Below, piece after piece: positions 19,552 through 31,242 of a stretch of 64,000 bases of DNA. Origin of the DNA: Candidatus Levyibacteriota bacterium (GTDB lineage Bacteria; Patescibacteriota; Microgenomatia; Levybacterales; GWA1-39-11). Each line of letters opens with the position of its first letter. The stretch's first letter is position 1. Where the stretch lies: the NCBI GenBank assembly GCA_039738415.1, contig JBCLLY010000006.1, positions 1,814-65,813 of the forward strand, in the 5' to 3' direction. The translations under genes were made by a program, and so were the position numbers. The notes under the pieces were generated by a model, which had not been told where the DNA came from, made no database searches, and saw nothing but the letters and a program-made list of their open reading frames with translations.

Positions 19552-20283
19552 TTATTCGCGGTAAATTAAATTTATTTCCTGAGAAGTGCTAACACCAGAT
19601 TCGCTTATTGCTTCAATAGTTATTTTGTTGTCTCCTTCTTTTAATCCGAACAAATAAGAGAACTCTCCATCGTTATTTACTATTGCCCTAAATCCATTAA
19701 CCGTAACAGAACTATTTGGGTCAGTTTGCCCTGTGATAGATACATTCCTGTCTGCTTTTGTGAATGTAGAATTATCAGCAGGGTTTTTTATTTCTAATTT
19801 TGGTTTTGAAGAAGAGCTGACAATTTTATAGTCTTGTGAAGGAACGCTTTTTTTACCATTTAATTTATAAATTGCATATATTGTATTTTCACCCTCCCTG
19901 AGTCTTATACTTTTGAACTCAAATGTTTGAGCTTTATCAAGTTCTTTACTTTCCTCCTCGCGGCCATTCACATACAGGATAATTTCACCTTCTGAGTAGT
20001 TTGAATCTCCCCGGACATTAATTTCAGCACTTGCTGTAGAGCTAGGGATGTTAGATAAGTTCGGTGCAAGCAAGACGTCGTCTAGTCGGATATTGCTACT
20101 GCTTTGTTGCTCATCTCCCCTAATTCCAAATACTAGATCTCCAAATAAGTTAAGAAATACGCCCCCGAATTGAATTAAAAGAAAAATTATTAAAAGAGTA
20201 CCTATGCCAAAAAAAATAAATTGTCTTCTGCTCTGTTTTTCAGCATATCTGGAAAGCCTTGAGGCGTGTGCTCGTCTTGCCAT
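19552..20283 (-). CDS. membrane-anchored extracytoplasmic protein of unknown function
   Basis: N-terminal TM anchor followed by a region that looks beta-rich by composition. No motif recognised. Confidence 0.4.
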   Translation of the reverse strand: MARRAHASRLSRYAEKQSRRQFIFFGIGTLLIIFLLIQFGGVFLNLFGDLVFGIRGDEQQSSSNIRLDDVLLAPNLSNIPSSTASAEINVRGDSNYSEGEIILYVNGREEESKELDKAQTFEFKSIRLREGENTIYAIYKLNGKKSVPSQDYKIVSSSSKPKLEIKNPADNSTFTKADRNVSITGQTDPNSSVTVNGFRAIVNNDGEFSYLFGLKEGDNKITIEAISESGVSTSQEINLIYRE

Positions 20284-20291
20284 ATTAAAAA

Positions 20292-20702
20292 TTAATATTT
20301 TTGCCTTTGTTTTATTTTATGAGCAACATGAAGTTCCATAATCGCCTTTTGCAGTTCTTTTTCTGCCATTACAAAATCTATTTCGCTTTCTTTCTTTTTC
20401 ATTCTCTCTTCTGCTCGTTTTTTAGCTTCTTGAGCTTTTGCTACTTGGATATTTTCAGCTTTAACTAAATGATCTGAAAGTATGTTTACATCTCCATCAA
20501 TTATCTCCACAAAGCCTCCGATGGTTGCAATTATACTATCTCTATTTCCTTTTTTAATATTAATTATTCCATCGGACATTTTGGTAAAAAGTGAAACGTG
20601 ATGGGGGAGGATGGTAATTTCTCCATCGGGAGTAGGTAGTGAGATCTCATCTACTGTGTCCTTGTATATAGTTCCTTCTGGGGAAATGACACTAAGATTC
20701 AT
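20292..20702 (-). CDS. atpC: F1 ATP synthase epsilon subunit
   Basis: Position after atpD, size, and N-terminal beta-sandwich plus C-terminal helical region. Confidence 0.85.
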   Translation of the reverse strand: MNLSVISPEGTIYKDTVDEISLPTPDGEITILPHHVSLFTKMSDGIINIKKGNRDSIIATIGGFVEIIDGDVNILSDHLVKAENIQVAKAQEAKKRAEERMKKKESEIDFVMAEKELQKAIMELHVAHKIKQRQKY

Positions 20703-20704
20703 AA

Positions 20705-22977
<2,273 letters not shown>

Positions 22978-22978
22978 A

Positions 22979-24496
22979 TTATTTTATAAATGTTTTTTTA
23001 AAGCTTCTAATTGATTCGTCCAGTTCCTTTTGTGTTTGTTCGTCAATTTTATTTCCTGTTCTAAGTTTTTCAATAGTTTTTTTACTTTTAACTTTTAGAA
23101 AATCCTTAAATTTCTCCTCAAACTCAAGAACTCTTTCGACCGGAATATCGTCGAGTCCTCCAGAGGTTGCTGCATAAATAGAAATGATTTCCGAAACTTC
23201 ATCTTGAGGAGAGTATTGCGGTTGTTTCATAATCTCAGTAACTCTTTTACCGCGCTCAATCTTCTTTTGGGTTTCTTCATCCAAGTCGCTTCCAAATTGT
23301 ACAAAAGCAGCAAGAGACCTGTATTGCGCGAGCTCAATACGGAGTGGAGCACCGACCTGCTTCATTCCTTTAGTCTGGGCTGCTCCTCCCACACGTGAGA
23401 CAGACAGACCTGCGTTAATTGCCGGTCTAATTCCGCTATTAAACAAGTCGTTTTCCAGGTATATTTGACCGTCAGTAATTGAAATGATATTAGTTGGAAT
23501 ATATGCTGAGCTATCTCCTGCCTGAGTTTCAATAATTGGAAGAGAGGTAAGTGACCCTCCGCCATTTTTTTCAGACATTCTTGAGGATCTTTCTAAGAGA
23601 CGGGAATGGAGATAAAAAATATCTCCGGGGTAAGCTTCACGCCCGGCAGGGCGTCTTAGTAAAAGGGAAAGCTGTCTGTATGCCCAAGCATGTTTTGAAA
23701 GATCATCATATACAACAAGTACATCTTGACCTTTATCCATAAAATACTCCCCGATCGCAGTTGCGGTAAATGGAGCTAGAAATTGAAGGGCAGCAGGGTC
23801 TGAAGCGCCGGATGCGACCACAATTGTATAGTCCATTGCACCTTCCTCCTCGAGTTTTCCTATAATTCTTGCGATACTACTTCTTTTCTGACCTATTGCG
23901 CAGTAAATACAAATTACTTGTTTTAATCCTAAGTCTCTTTTCTTTTGGTTGATAATCGTATCAATTGCAATTGCAGTCTTTCCGGTATTCCTATCTCCGA
24001 TAATAAGTTCTCTTTGTCCGCGTCCGATTGGAATCATAGCATCAATTGCCTTAATTCCGGTTTTTATGGGGGTATCAACAGGTTCGCGCTCTATGATTCC
24101 CGGAGCTATTTTTTCGAGTAGATAGTCCTTTCCCTCCAGAGTAAGCTTCTTTCCATCCAGTGGACTTTGAAGAGGATCTATTACCCTTCCAATTAAATCG
24201 TCAGATCCTATTGCTGCTAAAATTTTTCCTGTTGACCTTACCTTGTCTCCTTCTTTTATAGTTAGTGTGTCAGATAGAAGTATTATGGATGCGAAGTCCT
24301 CATCCAGATTAAATGCAAGACCAGTTGCTTTTCCTTCAAATTCTACAATTTCTCCAAATCCTACTTTTGAAAGACCGCTCACTTGAACTATTCCGTCTCC
24401 TATGGACTCAACCACTCCGACATTTTCAAATTTCGGATCAGACTTTACTGTAGTAAGTCTTTGTTCTATTTGTTTGATTAAATCCTCAGCCTTCAT
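22979..24496 (-). CDS. atpA: F1 ATP synthase alpha subunit
   Basis: Walker A GDRNTGKT and alpha-type conservation throughout. Confidence 0.95.
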   Translation of the reverse strand: MKAEDLIKQIEQRLTTVKSDPKFENVGVVESIGDGIVQVSGLSKVGFGEIVEFEGKATGLAFNLDEDFASIILLSDTLTIKEGDKVRSTGKILAAIGSDDLIGRVIDPLQSPLDGKKLTLEGKDYLLEKIAPGIIEREPVDTPIKTGIKAIDAMIPIGRGQRELIIGDRNTGKTAIAIDTIINQKKRDLGLKQVICIYCAIGQKRSSIARIIGKLEEEGAMDYTIVVASGASDPAALQFLAPFTATAIGEYFMDKGQDVLVVYDDLSKHAWAYRQLSLLLRRPAGREAYPGDIFYLHSRLLERSSRMSEKNGGGSLTSLPIIETQAGDSSAYIPTNIISITDGQIYLENDLFNSGIRPAINAGLSVSRVGGAAQTKGMKQVGAPLRIELAQYRSLAAFVQFGSDLDEETQKKIERGKRVTEIMKQPQYSPQDEVSEIISIYAATSGGLDDIPVERVLEFEEKFKDFLKVKSKKTIEKLRTGNKIDEQTQKELDESIRSFKKTFIK

Positions 24497-24499
24497 ACC

Positions 24500-24847
24500 T
24501 TAAATCGCTTTCATTTTATTTGTTATTAAACCTGCTATTGTATAGTTGATAATCATATCATTTGCTATTATCATTATTCCACCGCCTATTTTTCTATCTT
24601 TTTCGTAATTTATTTTTTTGTTTTTATAGTTTAACTGTATTTCACTTTTAATCCGATCTGTTAAATTACCCTCATATTTTACTATAATTGTTTGCTCCAT
24701 GTGGCTTTTCTTTAGCCTTCTTAAGAAAATTTTTAGTTCTTTTTTAGCTAACTTGTTTAAAACATAATCCGCAATTTTATTGTTTATATTCCCATTTGCA
24801 TCAATGGCTTCTTGAGCCAATTTTTTTATAATCTGTGTACTTCTCAT
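24500..24847 (-). CDS. atpH: F1 ATP synthase delta (OSCP) subunit, unusually short (115 aa)
   Basis: Operon position between atpF and atpA. The C-terminus IGGGIMIIANDMIINYTIAGL resembles the OSCP C-terminal motif. Confidence 0.7.
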   Translation of the reverse strand: MRSTQIIKKLAQEAIDANGNINNKIADYVLNKLAKKELKIFLRRLKKSHMEQTIIVKYEGNLTDRIKSEIQLNYKNKKINYEKDRKIGGGIMIIANDMIINYTIAGLITNKMKAI

Positions 24848-25344
24848 AAAGACTTAATTCTCTTAAGACTTCTTTGCAAAATTTCATTTTTCTCTTTTTC
24901 AGTAAACGGTTCTGAAATGACACTGTCCAGTATTTTTTGAGATACTGCAATTGCTATACCCGAAATTTGTTTCTCCATCGCTTGCCTTTCCAAAGATGCT
25001 TGTTCTTTAGCAATTCTAATAATTCTCTCCGACTCCTTTTTAGTTTCTGTAATTATCAATTCGCCCTCAGACCGGGCACTCTTTTTTGCCTCGTTTATAA
25101 TTCTTTCGGCCTCAGCTGCTGCTTTATTAATAATTTCATCCTTTTTTTCCTCAGCACTAAATAAAGCTTTTTCAGCTTTTTCTGCATTGTCTAATCCTCT
25201 ATTTATTTCTTCTTCCCGTTTTTTTACTGCACCAAGTAGTGGTTTGTATAAAAACTTTTTAAATAGAAAGGCAAGTATTAGAAAATTTAGAATTTGAGCT
25301 ATAAAAAGCTTTAGGTCGAATCCAAATTCTGATAGTATTTCCAT
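24844..25344 (-). CDS. atpF: Fo ATP synthase b subunit
   Basis: Single N-terminal TM followed by a long charged coiled coil. Operon position. Confidence 0.85.
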   Translation of the reverse strand: MEILSEFGFDLKLFIAQILNFLILAFLFKKFLYKPLLGAVKKREEEINRGLDNAEKAEKALFSAEEKKDEIINKAAAEAERIINEAKKSARSEGELIITETKKESERIIRIAKEQASLERQAMEKQISGIAIAVSQKILDSVISEPFTEKEKNEILQRSLKRIKSL

Positions 25345-25354
25345 AAATTTCTTT

Positions 25355-25561
25355 CTATCCTATAAAAGCTAATATTAAAGAGTAAATTGCGATAGCCTCA
25401 GCAAAAGCCATACCTAAAAGCATCGGAGGAAGAATTTTGGTAGCAGCTTCCGGATTTCTTCCGATTGCTTCCATAGCCTTAAAACCGATTAAGCCAACTG
25501 CAATTGCCGGGAACATTCCTCCAAAAGCAATAGCAGCTCCGCCTGTTAATGTAAATTCCAT
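25355..25561 (-). CDS. atpE: Fo ATP synthase c subunit
   Basis: 68-aa two-helix proteolipid with the conserved carboxylate context MAFAEAIAIY. Confidence 0.9.
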   Translation of the reverse strand: MEFTLTGGAAIAFGGMFPAIAVGLIGFKAMEAIGRNPEAATKILPPMLLGMAFAEAIAIYSLILAFIG

Positions 25562-25655
25562 AATTTAGTGCCCACCTCCCTTCGCCCTACGAAGCTTTAT
25601 GCGAAGTAGGGTTCCGTTAATTATTTTGTTAATTGTTCTATTCATAAATATTATT

Positions 25656-26414
25656 TCATGTTGCTTTTGAATGGAGAGCCTCCTGGTGATCCAGGTGCGG
25701 TGTGCTAAGCACAGCCATAAATACCATAGTTAACATTGCAAATACAAGAGCTTGTACTAAGGAGACTATAGTCTCAAGCATTATAAAAGGTAAAGGTGCT
25801 AAGAAAGCAAACATACCAGTAACTGTAACCAGCACTATTTTTCCTGCAAATATATTACCAAATAGTCTAAAAGAAAGGGAAATTATTTTTACAAATTCCA
25901 GTACAAATTCTAAAAGTCCAATTAATAAGTTAATGGGATTAAGGGAAAGGAATTTTTTTAAGTAACCAAAAATTCCCAGAACGTTTATAGTAAGTAAGTG
26001 CGTGGCAACTACGGATACAGTTCCTAATGCAAGAGTCATATTAAAGTCTGTTGTAGCAGTTCTGAATAATGGTACAAGTTCTGTTTTGCCTTGATGCTCC
26101 TCGAGGATTCCAACAGCTGTAATTCCCGGAAGAAGACCAAATAGATTATTTACTAAAATTACTATAAAAAATGACGCAAACCATGGAAAAATTTTCGTCA
26201 CCCTGCTTCCTGCAATTTGCTCAGTCAAATCATAAAAATAAGTAATAACTGGTTCAACATAAGACTGAATTCCTGCCGGTCTAAGTCGTATACTTTTTGC
26301 AACTATAAAAAGTAAAAAAAGAAGTATTGCGTCTACCGCAATTGTTGCGACAATTGTGTTTGTTACTGGAAAACCAGCAACTTGAATTATTAATTCAGGT
26401 TGTAATGAAGCCAT
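25656..26414 (-). CDS. atpB: Fo ATP synthase a subunit
   Basis: Polytopic protein with the LSFRLFGNIFAG motif. Ends in TGA. Confidence 0.9.
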   Translation of the reverse strand: MASLQPELIIQVAGFPVTNTIVATIAVDAILLFLLFIVAKSIRLRPAGIQSYVEPVITYFYDLTEQIAGSRVTKIFPWFASFFIVILVNNLFGLLPGITAVGILEEHQGKTELVPLFRTATTDFNMTLALGTVSVVATHLLTINVLGIFGYLKKFLSLNPINLLIGLLEFVLEFVKIISLSFRLFGNIFAGKIVLVTVTGMFAFLAPLPFIMLETIVSLVQALVFAMLTMVFMAVLSTPHLDHQEALHSKAT

Positions 26415-26487
26415 AAAAACTATTCACCCAATCTTACTAAGGGAATGAGATTATTTTAACTAACGGGAATTTAATAGTCAAGGGAAT

Positions 26488-29400
26488 TTAGTTAATTAGT
26501 CTTACGCTATCAACAAGTATTACAGGGACGCCGTCTTTATTGTCAATTTTTCCCTGTATAAACACTATCGCGTCTTTATTTAATAAAGACTTGTCACGGG
26601 CAAAAACTTTAGGGAATATAACACATTCAACACTCCTGCCAGCATGGTCCTCTACGGATAAAAATGCCATTTCATCATTTTTTTTCTTTGTAAATATTTT
26701 TTTAACTAATGTAATTAGTCCCCCTATGCGGACGTTTGTGCCTTCCTTAACTTCACTCAACTCGTTAATTTTATGAGTAGAGAGAGAGAACAAATTCCCC
26801 AATTTTTGATTTAGGGGATGATCTGTTAAGAAAAATCCTAATAGCTCCCTTTCAAAAACCAGTTTTTCATTTTGCGAAAAATCTTCAATATCCTTATATG
26901 CCGTCATGTCAAAATGCAGAGTGCTTTCATCGGGAAGATCTCCGAATAAACTCTCTTGGTTAAGATTAACGTTTTTATTTTTTTTACTTACGGTGTCTAC
27001 TATTTCATTCATCGCAGTAAGCATCATGGCGCGGTTCCCAAACTCGTCAAACGCGCCTGCCTTAATAAGACTTTCTAAAGTTTTTCTATTTACTTTAGAT
27101 AAATCAACACGACTTACAAAGTCCATAAGACTGTTAAATACTTTCCCCTTTCTTGCTGTAAGAATTGTAGAAATAGCAGCCTCCCCAACATTTTTTATTG
27201 CACTCAGTCCGAACCGGATATTTTCGTGATTTTCAATTATAAATTCCGAATCGGATTTATTCACTGAGGGAGTAAGTACATTTAATTTTAGCCTTTTACA
27301 CTCTGCAATAGCCTCTGCCATTTTTTCGTTTTTAGATGGCCCTGTTGAACCACGTGATTCAGCGGTAAGAAGTGCAGTCATAAATTCTACGCTATAATTT
27401 GCCTTAAGATAGGCGGTTCTATATGCAATTGTTGCATAGCAGGCTGCGTGTGCTTTGTTAAATCCGTACCCTGCAAATGGTGCGATGAGATCAAAAAGCT
27501 CCTCGCTTTTTTTTCTTGTTAGCCCATTTTTTACAGCTCCCGCTATAAACAAGTCTCTCTGTTTTTTCATTTCGGCAGGAATTTTTTTTCCTACCGCTTT
27601 TCTCAATTTGTCAGCATCTAGCCATGAAAATCCCGCAACTTTAATTGCTGTTAAGAGTACGTCGTCCTGGTAAGTTAGGATGCCGTATGAAGGTTTTAAA
27701 ATCTCCTCGAGTCTTGGGTCTGGATAGGTAATTTTTTTTGGATTGTGTTTTCTTTCAATAAAATCAGGGATGTTTTGCATAGGACCGGGACGATAGAGTG
27801 CTACCATCGCCATTAGATCGAAAATTGAAGTAGGTTTTAGTTCCTTAATATAGCGTCTCATTCCCGCCGATTCAAGCTGAAATATGCCGGTGTTCTCCCC
27901 TGAAGATAAGAGAGCGTAGGTTTTTTTATCATCTAGCGGTACGTTAGAAAAGTCTACCTTCTCTCCTTTGTTAACTTTAATAAATCCTAATGCTTCCTGA
28001 ATAATCGTTAAATTTCTAAGCCCTAGAAGATCCATTTTCAAAAGACCGACACCGTCTTCTCCGACAGTATACATATCGTACTGTGTAATAATTTTCCCTC
28101 CGCGAGTTTCCCTTTGCAGTGGAGTATATTCTGTTATATCTCTGTCTGCAATAACCACTCCGGCAGCATGTACTGAAGCGTGTCTTGCGACCCCCTCAAG
28201 CTTTTTAGAAAGGTCGATAAGCCTTTTCGTGTCCTCCTCTTCGTTATATGCTTTTTTCAAATCCGGACTTTGAGAAAGGGCATTGCTCAATGTCATGGAA
28301 TGTCCTTGCCAGCCCGGTGGAATCATTTTAGAAATTCTATCAGTAGCTGAGTAGGGCATCCCCAAAGCACGACCAACGTCACGAATAGATCCTCGTGCCT
28401 CCATTCTTCCAAAAGTTATAATTTGTGCAACTTTGTCATGTCCATATTTTTCAGTTACGTAATTTATAACTTCATCCCTTTTTGTATCAGCAAAATCAAG
28501 ATCTATATCTGGTGCTGAGGGTCTTTCCGGATTTAAAAATCTTTCGAAAGGGAGTTTAAAATAAAAGGGATCAACGTCAGTAATTGCTAATATGTAAGAG
28601 ACTACAGAGCCCGCAGCAGATCCTCTTCCGGGACCAACGGAGATGTCATTATCCTTTGCCCAATTTACAAAATCAGCGACAACTAAAAAATAAGTTGCAT
28701 AACCTTTGTCGTTGATAACAGAAAGCTCGTAATCAATTCTTTCGTTTATTTGCGCAGTTATTTCTTTGTAGCGCTTTCCAACGTTCTCACCGATAAGTTT
28801 TTTTAGGTATTTCTGTGGGGTTATATCATTTGGGACTTCAAAATTTGGCATTATCCATTTTCCTAATTGGATTTCAACGTTACATCTCTGGGCAATTTTA
28901 GAGGTGTTTTCGTAAGCATCCGGTACGTCTAAAAATAAATTTTTCATTTCTTCTGAGGATTTAATATACATGTCTGGGGAGTCTATCATTGACAACTTTC
29001 TATTTGGAGTATCAATTGTAGTTTGTGTTCCAATACAAAGTAGTATCTCCTGTGCTGCCGCGTCATCTTTATTTATGTAGTGATTATCATTTGTAGCAAC
29101 AAGCGGAAGGCCTTCTTTTTTTGAAAGCTCTATTAACTTATCATTCAATTCATCCTGTTGTGGGATTTTCAAGTGTCTTTGGATTTCCAAATAAAGTCTA
29201 TCATTGTCAAAAATCTCACGGAGTTTTTTCAAACGGACAGCCGTCTCTTTCTCGTTTCCATTTAAAAGTGGTTTTGAGATATAACCGTTTAAGCATGCGG
29301 TCAAACAGATTAGCCCCTCGTTATATTTTTTCAATAGCTCTATGTCGCATCTAGGTTTGTAGTAAAATCCTTCAAGATGAGCAATTGAAACAATTTTCAT

Positions 29401-29706
29401 TAAATTTTTGTATCCGGTGATGTTTTCCGCAAGTAATATTAAGTGATTGTAATCTTTATCGACACCCGCTTCTTTATCTTGTAAGGATCTTTGTGCCATA
29501 TAAATTTCACATCCTATGATGGGTTTTATTTCATACTTCTTGCAGGTTTGGAAAAATTTAATTGCTCCGTATAAATTTCCATGGTCGGTTATAGCAATCG
29601 AGCTCATCCCTAACTCTTTTGCTCTTATTACCATTGGCTCTATTCTTGAAAGCCCGTCAAGCAAAGAAAATTCTGAATGATTGTGAAGGTGCGTAAAATC
29701 TGCCAT
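26488..29706 (-). CDS. dnaE: DNA polymerase III alpha subunit
   Basis: N-terminal PHP domain (FTHLHNHSEFSLLDG). Length 1072 aa, with a C-terminal OB-fold region. Confidence 0.95.
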   Translation of the reverse strand: MADFTHLHNHSEFSLLDGLSRIEPMVIRAKELGMSSIAITDHGNLYGAIKFFQTCKKYEIKPIIGCEIYMAQRSLQDKEAGVDKDYNHLILLAENITGYKNLMKIVSIAHLEGFYYKPRCDIELLKKYNEGLICLTACLNGYISKPLLNGNEKETAVRLKKLREIFDNDRLYLEIQRHLKIPQQDELNDKLIELSKKEGLPLVATNDNHYINKDDAAAQEILLCIGTQTTIDTPNRKLSMIDSPDMYIKSSEEMKNLFLDVPDAYENTSKIAQRCNVEIQLGKWIMPNFEVPNDITPQKYLKKLIGENVGKRYKEITAQINERIDYELSVINDKGYATYFLVVADFVNWAKDNDISVGPGRGSAAGSVVSYILAITDVDPFYFKLPFERFLNPERPSAPDIDLDFADTKRDEVINYVTEKYGHDKVAQIITFGRMEARGSIRDVGRALGMPYSATDRISKMIPPGWQGHSMTLSNALSQSPDLKKAYNEEEDTKRLIDLSKKLEGVARHASVHAAGVVIADRDITEYTPLQRETRGGKIITQYDMYTVGEDGVGLLKMDLLGLRNLTIIQEALGFIKVNKGEKVDFSNVPLDDKKTYALLSSGENTGIFQLESAGMRRYIKELKPTSIFDLMAMVALYRPGPMQNIPDFIERKHNPKKITYPDPRLEEILKPSYGILTYQDDVLLTAIKVAGFSWLDADKLRKAVGKKIPAEMKKQRDLFIAGAVKNGLTRKKSEELFDLIAPFAGYGFNKAHAACYATIAYRTAYLKANYSVEFMTALLTAESRGSTGPSKNEKMAEAIAECKRLKLNVLTPSVNKSDSEFIIENHENIRFGLSAIKNVGEAAISTILTARKGKVFNSLMDFVSRVDLSKVNRKTLESLIKAGAFDEFGNRAMMLTAMNEIVDTVSKKNKNVNLNQESLFGDLPDESTLHFDMTAYKDIEDFSQNEKLVFERELLGFFLTDHPLNQKLGNLFSLSTHKINELSEVKEGTNVRIGGLITLVKKIFTKKKNDEMAFLSVEDHAGRSVECVIFPKVFARDKSLLNKDAIVFIQGKIDNKDGVPVILVDSVRLIN

Positions 29707-29770
29707 AAGTTGTTATTGTGTTTTGTCTGCAGGTTGTTTTTCTATTACTCCTAATCCGTCTTCCATGCAA

Positions 29771-31219
29771 TCATTCTAGCATTTCGATAACCTTTTCTCT
29801 AATTTGGTCGTTGTTTTTTGCCTCGGGTAGAGTTCTTTTTACCATACCCATTAAAAATCCTACCACTTGCGTTTTGCCTAATTTATAATCTGTAACAGCT
29901 TGTGAGTTTTCTCTTAAGACCTGTTTGATAGCATTTTGGAGCTTGTCTTCGTTTATTGATTCCATACTTGATGCTTCAAGAATTTCTTTAATTAGAGTAG
30001 CAGGAAGAACTTGATCTATGTTTATTTTTTTATTTATTATAAATCCTGCTATTTTTTGAGGATTTACTTTATGTTCTTTACCAATTTCTACTGCCTGCTC
30101 AAAATAGTCAGCAAGGCTTTTTTCCTTTGTTAAGATTTGCGCGTCGTATTGTTTTATTCCATAATCCACTTCAAATCTTTGTACTCTTATAGATGGAAGT
30201 TCAGGGATTGATTCTTTAATTTTTTTAATCTGCTCATCGCTAAATTCAATAGGTGGTATATCAGGTTCCGGAAAATATCTATAGTCATGAGCTTCTTCTT
30301 TGCTTCTTTGGCTAACTGTTTTATTTTTAAATTCGTTCCATCCGCGCGTTTCCTGAACAGGTATTTCTCCCTTATCTAATAATTCTTTGTGACGCTTCTC
30401 TTCAAATTGGATAGCCTTATCAACAAATTTGAATGAGTTGATGTTTTTCACTTCAACTTTGTACTTCGCAAGAGTTGTCTGTCCAGGTGGACGCAATGAA
30501 ATATTTGGTTCAAGTCTCATGTGCCCCTTCTCCATGTCAGCGTCAGAGACTCCTAAATAGCGGATGATTTTTTGAAGTTCTGTTAGAAATATTTTTGCCT
30601 CTTCACCTGACCGGATGTCGGGCTCGGTAACAATTTCAACAAGGGGAACTCCCGAGCGATTAAAATCAATTAAACTTACTTCTTTCCCATCAACTGTGGA
30701 GTGCATTAATTTCCCTGTGTCCTCTTCCATGTGGACACGGGTGATGCCAACTCGTTTATTAATCATCTTTGTCATCCGAGCCCGCTTCGCCGAAGCCTCA
30801 TTGATGCGAGCTTGTCCAGGATCATTTTTTGATTCCGGTGTCTCCGCCAGCTGGCGGGTCCCCAGAATGACGGGAACCTGTATATCCAAATATCCTTTTT
30901 CTCCGAAGGGGTGAAGGTATTGGCTGGTTTGAAAACCTTTTGCTAAATCCGGGTAGAAATAATTTTTTCTCTCAAAAAATGAACTATTGTTTATTTCACA
31001 ATTTAGCGCAAGTGCTATTTTTACACAGCATTCAATTGCTTGTTGGTTAGTGTAGGGTAGAGCGCCTGGAAGTCCCAGACAGACTGGGCAAGTGTTCGTG
31101 TTTGGCTTGTCTGTTAGTGTTGGATTTTTGCAACGACAAAACATTTTGCTAAATGTTCCTAGCTCAACGTGTATTTCAAGTCCAACTATCGTTTCGTAAG
31201 CATTTGGTTTAATATTCAT
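29771..31219 (-). CDS. gatB: Asp/Glu-tRNA amidotransferase subunit B (carries an extra internal segment of about 34 aa)
   Basis: YETIVGLEIHVEL and GITRVHMEEDTGK motifs. The extra GC-rich block encodes ILGTRQLAETPESKNDPGQARINEASAKRARMT. Ends in TGA. Confidence 0.9.
   Translation of the reverse strand: MNIKPNAYETIVGLEIHVELGTFSKMFCRCKNPTLTDKPNTNTCPVCLGLPGALPYTNQQAIECCVKIALALNCEINNSSFFERKNYFYPDLAKGFQTSQYLHPFGEKGYLDIQVPVILGTRQLAETPESKNDPGQARINEASAKRARMTKMINKRVGITRVHMEEDTGKLMHSTVDGKEVSLIDFNRSGVPLVEIVTEPDIRSGEEAKIFLTELQKIIRYLGVSDADMEKGHMRLEPNISLRPPGQTTLAKYKVEVKNINSFKFVDKAIQFEEKRHKELLDKGEIPVQETRGWNEFKNKTVSQRSKEEAHDYRYFPEPDIPPIEFSDEQIKKIKESIPELPSIRVQRFEVDYGIKQYDAQILTKEKSLADYFEQAVEIGKEHKVNPQKIAGFIINKKINIDQVLPATLIKEILEASSMESINEDKLQNAIKQVLRENSQAVTDYKLGKTQVVGFLMGMVKRTLPEAKNNDQIREKVIEMLE
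30771..30871. repeat. GC-rich palindromic block inside gatB (candidate in-frame mini-insertion)
   Basis: Ends GTCAT...ATGAC are inverted. Contains the palindromes GCTTCGCCGAAGC and CCGCCAGCTGGCGG (30844-30857). Composition is far more GC-rich than the flanking gatB sequence. Boundaries are approximate. Confidence 0.5.
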
Positions 31220-31242
31220 ATATTTGTTTGCCCCCTAAAGCT

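Noticed and set aside
25562-25655. The GC-rich hairpin cluster between atpB and atpE as another copy of the gatB/typA palindromic element.
   Set aside because: It shares only short strings (CTTCGCC, GAAGC) and includes the atpE ribosome-binding site (GGGAGGTGGG). That is insufficient evidence of common origin, so it is more simply an intercistronic structure.
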